Part shown: positions 1 to 14,300 of the stretch, in pieces
Position numbering within the stretch: the stretch's first letter is position 1
Layout: every line of letters starts with the position of its first letter
DNA from: the human T2T-CHM13v2.0 reference genome, Homo sapiens
Direction: 5' to 3' (one strand)
DNA: 64,000 nt
Assembly: GCF_009914755.1 (NCBI RefSeq)
Contig: NC_060938.1
The notes under the pieces: model-generated
Database searches by the model: none
What the model was told of the DNA's origin: nothing
The model's input: only the letters and a program-made list of their open reading frames with translations
Program-made: the position numbers and the translations under genes

Positions 1-326
1 GAGTAGCTAGGACCACAGACAGGTGCCACCACACGTGGCTAATTAAAAAAAAAATAGTAGAGATGGAGTCTGGCTGTGTTGCCTAGGCTAGTCTCAAACT
101 CCTGGGCTCAGGCGATCCTCCTGCCTCTACCTCTCCCTCCCAACGTGCTTGCTGGGATTACAGGGGTGAGCCACTGGCCAGGCAGACTTTTTTTTTTTTT
201 TTAAATAATAGAAATGGGGTCACACTATGTTTGCCAGGCTGGTCTTGAACTCTTGGGCTCGAGTGATCCTCCAGCTTCAGCCTCTCAAAGTGCTGAAATT
301 GTGGGTGTGATCCACTGCACCTGGCC
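1..326 (-). mobile_element. Partial Alu (cut by window start) followed by an Alu left-monomer/FLAM-like piece
   Basis: Antisense Alu motifs gtagctaggaccacag, ctgggattacagg, gagccac; second monomer starts after the poly(T) at ~189. Confidence 0.9.
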
Positions 327-1034
327 GCAGAACATTTTTGATAAGTGTTTTATATCACATGTTTTGCACTTATACAGTGGTGAATGAATTGAACTCATAT
401 GTTCCTGGGGATTCTTGCAAAAAATTCTTTTAAAGTTATACTTGCTCACAAAATGTTAATTTTATAAATGTAGCACACTCTACTACTAATAACTTTTATT
501 TTATTATTCTATTATTTTTTATTTTTTAAGTAAAACAGCTCAGTGACCAATGTCACTGGTGTGTCTATAGTGTTTGAACAACAATATAGAAGGTGGCACT
601 TCTATGTACTTTTCCTATCATAAGAAAATTTCAATCTGAAATACACTGCACTGTAGTTGTATGCTTGTGTTTGTGTGTATGAGTATGAGTATGTGTGTCT
701 ATAGATGTGTTGTATTATTTTAGACATTTTAAAACATACAAAAAATTAGAGGGAATAGAATAGTGAACGCTGTGTGGCCATCATGCTCATTCAACAATTA
801 CCAACACTTCACTATGCATGTTTCATCCATCAGCTCTCCACTTGCTTATATTAGGAATATTTTAACATAGCAATAGTATCAGAAAGCTGACAATATCACA
901 AAACTAACAAAAATTTTTTAAAATATTCACTCCATATCAAAAATATCCTAATTTACTTAGCTATATAAAATACTGTTTGGTAAAGTAAGGACTCAAAAGA
1001 GATTTATACCTTGAATTAAAGTTTCTTTAATTAA

Positions 1035-1320
<286 letters not shown>

Positions 1321-1609
1321 TAACAATTATTCTCAATAATTTAAATGACCAGTCCATTTCATTTTCAATTAGTGTATAAATTTGTTTTGTTTGTAATACT
1401 TAAAATCATTTAGCAAAAGCTGTCTTTTAACAGTAGATTCTGTGTAACTTAGAGCTATTCTAACTTATGGGGTGCCATTTCCATGTTGTCAGTTGGAGAG
1501 CATAATAGTAAATATTAGCATAACTCCCTTTGTATCAGTTTAAAACTTAGTAGGTACCAATGAAGTCTGCATGATTTTGTAATTACAGACTAGTGGCGGT
1601 GAACACTGG

Positions 1610-1628
1610 CTGCCAGCAGAGGGCACTT
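1610..1628 (+). promoter_or_regulatory. Candidate CTCF binding site
   Basis: ctgccagcagagggcactt matches the CTCF core CCASYAGRKGGCRS and lies in non-repeat sequence. Confidence 0.65.
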
Positions 1629-2305
1629 TGAGGTTTTTATATGTTAGAATTTCACGCCAATGGTGGCCCAAGATTCTAGACTATTTGTCTCCAAACTGTT
1701 TTCCTAAAAGACATTTCTAACATTTATCAATTCCCCGTGATTTCCTGTCTCAATTTACAAACTCCTGTGCTCTCTGGGAAGGGATAAGGCCATCTAAAAA
1801 CAAACAAACAAACAAATAAACAAAAACAAAAAACCCAGCCGCAGTTCCCAGCTGTCACCATGAAAAGGTGTGAGAGATGGTCCTGTGTGTTGAAATCAGA
1901 GAGGCTGCTAACTCCCTGGATTTCTTCTCCCAGCCGCATTCAACTCCAAGGCCACTGTTAGCAGTTTTGCCCTAGAGATCTGAAAGGAACCCAGGAATAA
2001 ACACGTGCAGTTTTAAAATGGTCTAATTTAGTCGATAAAAAGGTCAACACCAAAGGAAAAAAATGAAGCTGAAGAGAGCCAATCGGCAACAAGGTAGCCT
2101 TCTGGATTACGCAGGGCAATATTTTTCAAAAACTTTTTGGCTGGGACATGTGTTTGAATACATACATGTGTATGTACACACACGTACACCATATATTCAC
2201 ATCTAAAACGAGTCTCTTAAAAATATTTACTCTAATGGTGTATGATAAAGGTATATATAACTTTAAATACTTAAATGAAATACAGAAAATAAATTTAAAT
2301 TATAA

Positions 2306-3143
<838 letters not shown>

Positions 3144-3318
3144 TCAATAATGTACTTATGTATGTATAGATTGTCTTGATATGTCCCAGACCCCAATGAA
3201 ACTTGTGATCAGGCATGCACACATGAACATTAAAATGCTTTTGTTTTTATAATTTAAATTTATTTTCTGTATTTCATTTAACTATTTCATGTTATATTAA
3301 AAGATTAAAAGATCTTTT

Positions 3319-3412
3319 AAATTTACTCATAATATAATAGATTTAAAGGAAACTTTTATCCAATTCAAATTTACTCATAATATAATAGATTTAAAGGAAA
3401 CTTATCCAATTC
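3319..3412. repeat. Two-copy ~48-bp tandem duplication
   Basis: aaatttactcataatataatagatttaaaggaaac(tt)ttatccaattc twice. Confidence 0.95.
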
Positions 3413-3550
3413 AGGAATTAGAAAATTAACAATAACCTATATCTACTTTTACTTTCTTTCCCATTCTGTCCTCCTGCCTTCTTCCAGGAGGTAAACAACC
3501 AATTTTGTCTATTATTCTCTTTCTTTTTAAAAGTGTGTACACACTCATAA

Positions 3551-3992
<442 letters not shown>

Positions 3993-4029
3993 CATATTTA
4001 CCTTTTTATATCATACTAATTGGCTGCCA

Positions 4030-4930
4030 AGAGGTAAAGTACTAAGCAGGATATATTAACTCTGCTTGAAAAGACTATTTTCAATAATATTGCTGGTTGG
4101 GTATCTGAGTTTCTCTTCTTTTTGTAAATGATTAAAAATGCTGCAAAATTATTTTTAAAAATCTTCCCAAAATATTGAAGAGCTGGCAAGATAGTAAAGG
4201 ATTTACCAAAAAGTAAATTTATTTAATACAAATTTCTTCAAAAATATTTAATTGTCAAATAAAGACATATATTCAAGGTGTACAACATGATGATTTAATA
4301 TACATATGCATTGTATAATGATTACCACAATCAAAGTAATTAACATATCTATCACCACTCATGCTGTACATTAGATCCCCAGAACATGTTCATCTTATAT
4401 AATACATTTTATAAAGGTCTTCTAAAAATTCAAAGAAAACAAATAAATCTCCCATACAATGTATGGATAGGAAGACTCAATATCATAATATAAACTGCAT
4501 CTCAAATTGTTGAAAAATTTTGATGCAGTTTCAACTAAAATTCTAACAGGGTTTTTCAAAGGAACTTAACCAACTTGATTTGGAAACGTATATGGAAGAA
4601 CAAAGGACCAAGCACTTCCAAAAAAGAATAAGGTAAGGAGATATTTCTTTACCAGATATTAGAATTTTAATAAAGATTCATTTGTTAAAACAGTGAGATA
4701 TTGTCACAGGAATAGGTGATTAAGCCAATGGAGAATGGAGAGTCCAGAAGCAAACTCATCACACTTGTTCATCTATGAACACTTGATGTACAACAGAGGC
4801 AGGATTGCAAAGCAATGACAGAGTAGACTTTTGGAAAAATAGTTATTATAGGGTTTTGGAAAAATAGTTATCCAGGTGGGAAAACATGGAAATTGGGCCT
4901 CTACCTTTATACAAAAATTAACTTTAGACA
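4030..4930. mobile_element. Old L1M fragments (3'-end fragment ~4240-4400 on -, ORF2 fragment ~4420-4930 on +)
   Basis: atggataggaagactcaatatc and acaaaaattaact are L1 ORF2-like; catatctatcacc is L1M 3'-end-like. Confidence 0.7.
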
Positions 4931-6950
4931 GAGAATTCTGGGGAGATGATGATGGCAGCAGCATAGTTTCAGTCTCTGTATTTCTCCACATAAGGTGGTT
5001 TTTCAGTCTCTTATTTTCTACATAAAAACTGTCAGATAAACTGAGAGACAAAACTAAAAACTCATGGACTCCATTTACAACACAACCAAATAGAAAGTTT
5101 CCCCCACAAACTCCAAACTACGAATGGGTGGGGCCCAAAACACCAGTAGCCATAAAATACAAATAGCAACTGTGCAGGAGAAAGAAGAAGGAAGAACAGA
5201 AAAAGAGCAGAACCCTAAAGTAGCCAACAAGTATTCACCGGAAAGCAAGGTTAGAGAAGAGCAGCTGAAACCTGGAGGGAGGGGTTTTGCTTTCTTCAGC
5301 ACCAAGTGAGTGCAAGGGTTCTGCAGTAACGACTGAGAAAACTAGAGAAGTCTATCCCTGAGGAGTTCTCAAAACTGACCTGACAGTGGACCCTTCTGGG
5401 TAAGAGGTCCACACTGAGAAACTCATGGGAGTGGAATCAAAATTGAGCAGGATAGAAACAATAGAGATGGAAGGAAAGAGACGGTTCAGATTGAAGTGGA
5501 GTGTGGAAACAGAGCCAAGAAAGCTCAGAAAGCAAGCTACCATCTTATTGGGCATCAACCACACAAAGAGGGAACTCTGTGATGATAGAGGTTTCCTGTA
5601 CCCTGCTTATTCTAGGTGTCCAGAAAAACTATTTTCACATGAACTAAGAAGTTAAAAAATGTTAAGGTCAAATCTCATACAAAGTTATTATAAGAAAAAG
5701 AGGCTGGGCGCGGTGACTCACGCCTGTAATCCCAGCACTTTGGGAGGCCAAGGCAGGCGGATCACGAGGTTCAGAGATTGAGACCATCCTGGCCAACATG
5801 GTGAAACCCCGTCTCTACTAAAACCACAAAAATTAGCTGGGCGTGGTGGTGCACGCCTGTAGTCACAGCTGCTCGAGAGGCTGAGGCAGGAGAATCACTT
5901 GAACCTGGGAGGCAGAGGTTGCAGTGAGCCGAGATGGCGCTACTCCAGCCTGGCGATAGAGCGAGATTCCATCTCAAAATATATAAATAAATAAAAATAA
6001 AATAAAAAATAAAAAAAGAAAAAGAATAAGAGGTACAGAGAATAATAATTCTATGACAGAAAGATCAAAACTATGACCTACTATTTCAAAACAACTAAAA
6101 GATATGAAGAAAATGTTAGACACGACAGAACAAATATATCACAATTAGAAAAACTCAGAAATGAGGTGGCAGAATTCAGCAAAGAATAAGAAACAAAAGA
6201 AAAAATAATTTCAAAAGTGAAGCCTAAACTAGAAGGAATATAAAAGTGAACAAACTCTATAAATACTGCCATAAAAGAAATAGAAGGTGCAAAATAGGAA
6301 AATTAAACATAAAAAATAAATGTGAAAAGACACTAAAGGGATTCAAAAGGAAGTGATAAATATTAAAGACAGGCAAAGACTATATTGACTACATGGATTA
6401 TAGGGTCCCTGAAGAAGAAAACCAAAGTAAAGGAACAGAACAAATAATAAAAACTGGAATATAGAAAACTTTGCTGAAATAAAAAAAGATTCAAAATTAT
6501 GTATTGAAAGTGTAACTGAGAATATTCAATCAGAAGGACCAATAACAAGACATATTCTAGTAAAATTACTAAACTTTAAGGAAAAAGAAAAAACGGGGTG
6601 AACATCTAGAAAAAAAGAGCATGTGACCTATAAGGAAAAGAAATAGAGATCATTGAATTTTTCACAGAATGCTTTATACTAGATAAGAATGGAGTACCCT
6701 ATTTAAGATATGCAAGGAAAGAAAATGTGAGCTAAAGATTTTATATTCAGCAAAACTGACTTTCAGAGATGAAGACCACACATTGTTGTCAGCAAACAAA
6801 AACTCAGGTACCATATTGCAATGAATACTACCTAAAGAATCTACAAGAGAATGAGCTTCAGACAAACAGAATGACTAGAGACATCAGAATAAGGACTGGT
6901 AAGCATTAAATATATTAACTGTATAACTAAGACTAACTGAAGGGTAAGAG
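4930..6950 (+). mobile_element. Old L1 (L1MC/MD-like) 5'UTR and ORF1; continues at 8062-8120 and 16692-18540
   Basis: gatggcagcagc 5' start; ORF1-like ggattatagggtccctgaagaagaaaacc, agacatattctagtaaaattact, agattttatattcagcaaaactgactttca. Confidence 0.75.
5702..6016 (+). mobile_element. AluS (Sc/Sg-like)
   Basis: Full dimer with TSD aagaaaaaga. Confidence 0.93.
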
Positions 6951-7741
6951 CAGCACTGTGTTTTTTTGTTTTGTTTTGTTTTGTTTTTTAGAAATGACGT
7001 ATATTTTAAGTTGAAATACCTTGTTTTTCAGCCTGTACCTATAACTTTAGTGTGAGATGCTATTTTTTTGCAAAATCCACTAACAGTTTTAAAAATTATC
7101 TCTGCAATAATAGTGTCACAAATATCAGACTATGAATAAATGCATGACTATTACCTGATTCAGTAAAGAAGTTGCTCATGTCATTGATGAATGATTCCTT
7201 CTAACATGAATGTTGGTTGATATTTTTATGTTAATGAGTAAGACAAATGTGAAACAATGAAGATGTATATCAGAAGTTCACAAATTTGTCAAAGATATAA
7301 GGGACTTCTTTGATGTATTGGATAATAGTTTTTAAATATTTACTCATATTTTTGGATGCTATCTAAAATGTAATGGCTATATACACAATAGGCTTAAGTT
7401 TAATTTGTATTATTAATATTTTCTTTATCACTTTCTTAAGTCAAGACAATCATGAAAAACAATAAAACAAGTCCTGATTTGTAGCATTGGCTAATTTCTA
7501 TGGTATAAATATTTCCACCATGGCTGATTTCAGGATAGCAACTTGATGTCACTGAATGCTGAGTTGAGAAGTGATGTGCTCACCACACCATTATATAGTA
7601 ATATTTATACACCATATATAGTTATATAGTATATAATTTAATTTAAATAATGGATGTGCTTAACAACTAGCTTGCAAAGTTCCTGAAAATTTAACAATTG
7701 GCTTTCCTGAGCTGGTATGAACTGGCTGCAGCACACCACTG
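6951..7741. mobile_element. hAT DNA transposon (MER63/Blackjack-like)
   Basis: Terminus gctgcagcacaccactg; 8-bp TSD ggtaagag/gttaagag typical of hAT elements. Confidence 0.7.
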
Positions 7742-7759
7742 GTTAAGAGGGAGTGAGTA

Positions 7760-8061
7760 AGCCAGGTACAGCGGCTCACGCCTACACTCCCAGCATTTTG
7801 GGAGACTGAGGGAGGATTGCTTGAGCCCAGGAGTTCGAGACAAGCCTGGGTAACATAAGAAGACCCTGTTTCTATGAAAAATTAAAAAAAGTAGCTGGGT
7901 GTAGTGATGCACACCTTCCCAGCTACTCGGGAGGCTGAGATGGGAGGATCGCTTGCTTGAGTCAGGGACATCAAGGCTGCAGTGAGCTGTGATCATGCCA
8001 CAGCACTCCAGCCTGGGTGTCAGAGCAAGACCCTGTCTCCAAAAAAAAAAAAAAAAAAAAA
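7760..8061 (+). mobile_element. AluJ
   Basis: ggattgcttgagcccaggagttc, gcagtgagctgtgatc; TSD agagggag(t/a)gagt. Confidence 0.92.
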
Positions 8062-8573
8062 GAGGGAGAGAGTGTAGTATATAATGGTTCTGACAAAGTA
8101 AATATAGTACAACTATTTTCTCTTTTATTGATATATAATATTTTATATATTTATGGGTTAGACATGAGTGTTTGTTAGGTACATAGAATGTGTAATGATT
8201 AAGTCAGGGTAATTGGGGTATCCATCACCTTGAGTGTTTATTATTTTTATATGTTGTTATCACTTCAAGTCCTCTCTTCTAGTTGCTAAGTGTAATCACC
8301 CTAGTTTGCTATCAAACAATAGAACTTATTTCTCCTATCTAACTGTGTGTTTATACCCATAACCAACCTCTCTTCATCCCCTCCTCCTTCCCCCACCTAC
8401 CCTTCCCAGTTACTGACCATCTATCTATCATTTAATTCTCTATGTCCATGAGATCAAGGTTTTAACTCCCATATATGGGTGAGAACATGTAGTATGTGTA
8501 TTTCTGTGCTTGGCCTATTTTCTGCAACATACTGACCAGTTCCATACATCTTGCTGCAAATGACATGATTTCA

Positions 8574-9293
<720 letters not shown>

Positions 9294-9706
9294 ATCTTTG
9301 CTATTGTTAATAGTGCTGTGAAAAACCTGCGAGCACAGGTATCACTTTGACATACTAATTTCTTTTCCTTTGGATAGATACCCAATATTGTGACTACTGA
9401 AACTAAAACTAATACTTTTAGTTTCCTGAGAAATCTGCATACTGTTTTTTATAGTAGTTGTACTAATTTACATTCCCATCAACTGTGTATAAAGACCTTT
9501 TTCTCCACATCCTCACCAGCATCTGTTATTTTTTGTCTTTTTAATAATAAATAGCCATTAGAACTGGGGTGAGACAATATCTCATTGTAGTTTTTATTTG
9601 CATTTCCCTCATGATTTAGTGATGTTGAGCATTTTTTCCATATACCTATAGGGCATTTGTATGTCTTCTTTCAGGAAATGTCAATTGATGGCCTTTGCTC
9701 ATTTTT

Positions 9707-10573
9707 TTCCATGATCTGTGGTTTTCTTTTTAATTATCTTAAGTCTTATGATCATACATAATTTTAAAATTTGTGTATATCTCCTCTACTTTAATCCTTT
9801 TAAGTTGGCAAAAGCACCATTCCCAATCACAAATACACAGCAGTTTCTACAGTTTTATGTTTCTGAAGTCTGTTTAAAGACAATCCTAAATTATAACTTA
9901 GTTTGACTTAGATTTTAAAGAATTCAAGAGTGAAGTTTAACTTGCTACTATTTTAAAAGCATGTGACCTTATAGATCTATAAAATGTGAGAAGTGTTCAA
10001 CAATCTTTGATATTACACATAAACCCCACACTAAAATGCCTTTCAATAAGTAAAATGAACCATTTTAAATACAGGGAATTCTAATTAGATTGGCATAGTT
10101 AAGGCCAAAAATATAAAGTAGACATTGCTCCCTTATTTATCTTCAACCCTTGCGTTTAAGAGGCAAATGAACACAAAACACAGGTGAATCTTGCTTTGTT
10201 CTGAGACAGTGAAGAAATTTCCCCAGTATTTAAATATATTTACATAAACAGTTATATAAATCTAAATAAAACCAATCTCCAATAAGTTTTAAGATGGCAC
10301 TCACCATCTTTGTGGAAAGTTGAACGTTACTAACGAAGTCTAATCATATCTTTGGAAGGGGTAAACAGTAATAGCACTTACTGAATTGGAATTACTATTA
10401 AATTCACAAACTGAACATACTCATTTAGCCACAAGCCAGTCTTAGTTTTAAATCAGGACTGCCCAGCAAAATATTCTGTCAGTCATTCATGATCTGAATT
10501 CTAGTGTATGAGATCTATTAAAGTATGGTACATGTAGAAAAGTCATGAGACATTTCTGTTTTGTAGTAAATAA
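9707..10573 (-). pseudogene. CYCS: 5'-truncated processed copy of cytochrome c mRNA (3'UTR only)
   Basis: Minus strand starts CCTTATTTACTACAAAACAGAAATGTCTCATGAC..., which I recall as the CYCS 3'UTR just after the stop codon; ATTAAA ~20 nt before a short A tract; 17-bp TSD ggcctttgc(t/c)cattttt at 9690-9706 and 10574-10590. Confidence 0.85.
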
Positions 10574-10746
10574 GGCCTTTGCCCATTTTTAAATGAAATT
10601 ATTTTTTCCACTGTTGATTTGAGTTCCTTGTGTATTATGTATATTAGTCCCCTGTTTGAGGAGTAATTTGCAAATATTTTCTCCCATTCAAGAGGTTGTC
10701 TCTTTACTCCATTGGTTATTTCTTTTGCTGTGCAGAAGCTTTTTAG

Positions 10747-11161
<415 letters not shown>

Positions 11162-11286
11162 TAGACCAGTAAGTATCCTGAGGAGTTTTCCCTGTTTTAT
11201 TCTAGTGGTTTTATAGTTTCGGGTCTTACGTTTAAGTATTTAATCCATTTTGAGTAGACTTTTGTACATGGTGAAAGATAGGGGTA

Positions 11287-11294
11287 CAGTTTCA

Positions 11295-11328
<34 letters not shown>

Positions 11329-11361
11329 CAGGTTATGTATCTGATAGCCAGTTTCATTCTT
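11287..11361 (-). mobile_element. Tiny retro-insertion: 24 nt of unknown sequence plus ~27-nt poly(A), with TSD
   Basis: TSD cagtttcattctt at 11287-11299 and 11349-11361 flanking T27-acttcaggttatgtatctgatagc. Confidence 0.85.
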
Positions 11362-14300
11362 CTCAGTATGGTTATCCACTTGCCTCAGCACCATTTATTG
11401 AAAAGGGTGTCATTTCTCCAATGTATGTTCTTGGTGGCTTTGTTGAAGATCAGTTGGCTATAAATATGTGGATTTATTTCTGGGTTCTCTATTCTATTAG
11501 ATTGGTCTATTTGTCTATTTTCATTCCAACATCATGCTGTTTTGGTTACTTGTAGTCTGTTTTGAAGTCAGGTAGTGTGATACCTCCAGCTTGGTTCTTT
11601 TTGCTTAGTAATGCTTTGGCTATTTGTGTTCTTTCTTGGTTCCATACAAATTTTGGAATTTTTTTTTCTATTTCTGTGAAAAATGATATTAGTATTTTTG
11701 ATAAGGATTGTATCAAATCTGTAGATTACTTTGGGCAGTATGGTCATTTTAATGATATGAATTCTTCCAATCCATGGGCACAAAATGTCTTTCCATTTAT
11801 TCGTATCCTCTTCGATTTCTTTCATAGTGTTTTGTAGTTTTCCTTGTAGAGATCTTTCACCTCCTTGGTTAAATTTATTTCTAGGTATTTTTTTTTGGTA
11901 ATGGGAACTGCCTTCTGGATTTCTTTTTTGCCTATTTCATTATTGGAGTATAGAAGTGCTACCAATTTTTGTGTTTTTGTATCCTGTAATTTTACTGAAT
12001 TTATCAGTTCTAGGAGTTTTTTGGTGGCACCTTTTGTTTTTTCTAGATATAAAATTATGTCGTCTGCAAAGAAGGATCATTTGGCTTTCTCTTTTCCAAA
12101 TTAGATGCCTTTTATTTCTTGTTCTTGTCTGATTGCTCTGGCTAGGACTTCCAGTACTATGTTGAATAGAAGCGGTGAAAGTGGGCATTCTTGACTTGTT
12201 CCAATTAATAGAGGAAAGGTTTTCACCATTCAGTATGATGATAGCTGTAGGTTTGTTCTAATATTGCCTTTATTATTTTGAGGTATGATTCTTCTATGCC
12301 TAATTTGTTGAGCATTTTTAATCCTGAAGCAGTGTTGAATTTTGTCAAATCTTTTTTCTGCATCTATTGAGATTAACATATGGTTTTGCCCTTCATTTTG
12401 TTGATGTGGTGTATCATGTTTATTGATTTGCATGTGCTGAACCATCCTTGCATTCCTAGTATAAATTTAAATTGATCATGGTGTATTATCTTTTTGATGT
12501 GCTGTTGCACTTAGTTTGCTAGTATTTTGTTGAGGGTTTTTGCATCTGTGTTAATCAGGGATATTGGCCTGTACTTTTCTTTTTTTGTTGTGTCCTTGTC
12601 TGGTTTTGGCATCAGAGTAATACTGGCCTTACAGAATGAGTAAGAGATGATTCCCTCCTTTTCAAGTTTTTGGAATAGTTTGAGGAGGATTGTTATTAAT
12701 TTTTCTTTTTGCATTTGGTAAAATTCAGCTGTTATTCCATCTGGTCCTGGACTTTTCTTTGTTGAGAGGCTTTTTCTTACTGATTCAATCTTGCTACCTG
12801 TTATTGGTCTGTTCAGGTTTTTTATTTCATCCTGATTCAATCTTGGTGGGTTTTGTTTCCAGGAATTTATTCATTTCCTCTACATATTCCAGTTGGTTAT
12901 CATATAGTTAGTTGTTCATAATGATCTCTGATGATCTTTTGTATTTCTGTGGTATCAGTTGTAATGTATCCTTTTTCATTTCTGACTTTGTTTATTTGGG
13001 TCTTCTCTCTTCTTGGTTAGTCTAGTGGTTTATAAACTTTATCTTTTCAAAGAGCATATATATATATTTGCTCTTTGAAATATTTGCTCTATTTCACCAC
13101 TTCTCTGATCTTTGTGTTTTTTTCTTCTGTGAATTTTGGGTTTGTTCTTGCTCTTCCAGTTTCTTGGAGTGTATCATTAGATTGTTTATTTAAAATCTTT
13201 ATTTTTGTTGATGTAGGCATTTATTGCTATACACTTCTCTCTTAGCATTGCTTTTGCTGTGTCCCACAGGTTTTGCATGTTATGTTTCTATTTTCAATTG
13301 TTTCAAGAAATTTTTGATTTTCATCTTAATGGTCATTCAAGAGCATGTTGTTTAATTTCCATGTATTTGTATAGTTTCCAAGTTCCTTCTGGTATTGATT
13401 TATATAGTTTTATTCCATTGTGGTCTGAGAAGATATTTGATATAATTTTGATTTTTGAAAATTTGTTGAGACATGCTTTCTGGCCTAACGTATAGTCAAT
13501 CCTGGTGAATGTACCATGTCCTGATGAGAAGAATGTTTATTCTGCAGTTGTTGGATAAAATGTTCTGTAAATGTCTATTAGGTCCATTTGGTCTAAAGTC
13601 CAGTTTAAGTCTAATGCTTCTCTGGGAGTGGGGAGTTGAAGTCTCCCACTATTATTGTATCAGAGTCTAGCTCTTTCTTTAGATCTAGTAATATTTGACT
13701 TATGAATCTGGGTGCTCCAGTGTTGGGTGCATATGTATTTAAAATTATTGTATCCTCTTGCTGGATTTATCCCTTTCTCATTACATAATGACTGTCTTTG
13801 TCTTTTTTTAAAAACTGCTTTTGACTTAAAGTCTGTTTTATCTGATATAAGTATAACTGCTCCTGCTCACTTTTGATTTCTGTTTGTGTGGAATATCTTT
13901 TTCCAACCTTTTACTTTCAGTCTGTATCTGTCTTTACAGGTAAAGTGTGTTTCTTGTAGGCAGCATATAGTTGGTTCACTTTTTTAAAATTTCTTAAGTC
14001 AGTCTACATCTTTTAAGTGGAGAATTGAATCCATTTACATTCGAAGTAATTATTGATATATGAGGTTTTATTTGCTTTACTGTTAATTATTTTCTGATTG
14101 CTTCCTTTTTTTTTTCTCTCTTATTGTTTGTCCTTGTGGTTTGCTGTTCTCCTGTGGTGGTACCATTTGAGTCTTTTCTCTTCCTCATTTGTGTGTTTGC
14201 TTTATAGTGAGTTTTATAAGTTTGTGTATTTTCATGATGCTAACTGTCATCTTTTTGCTTTCGGGTTTCGGACTTTTTTGAGCATATATTGTAAGGTCAG

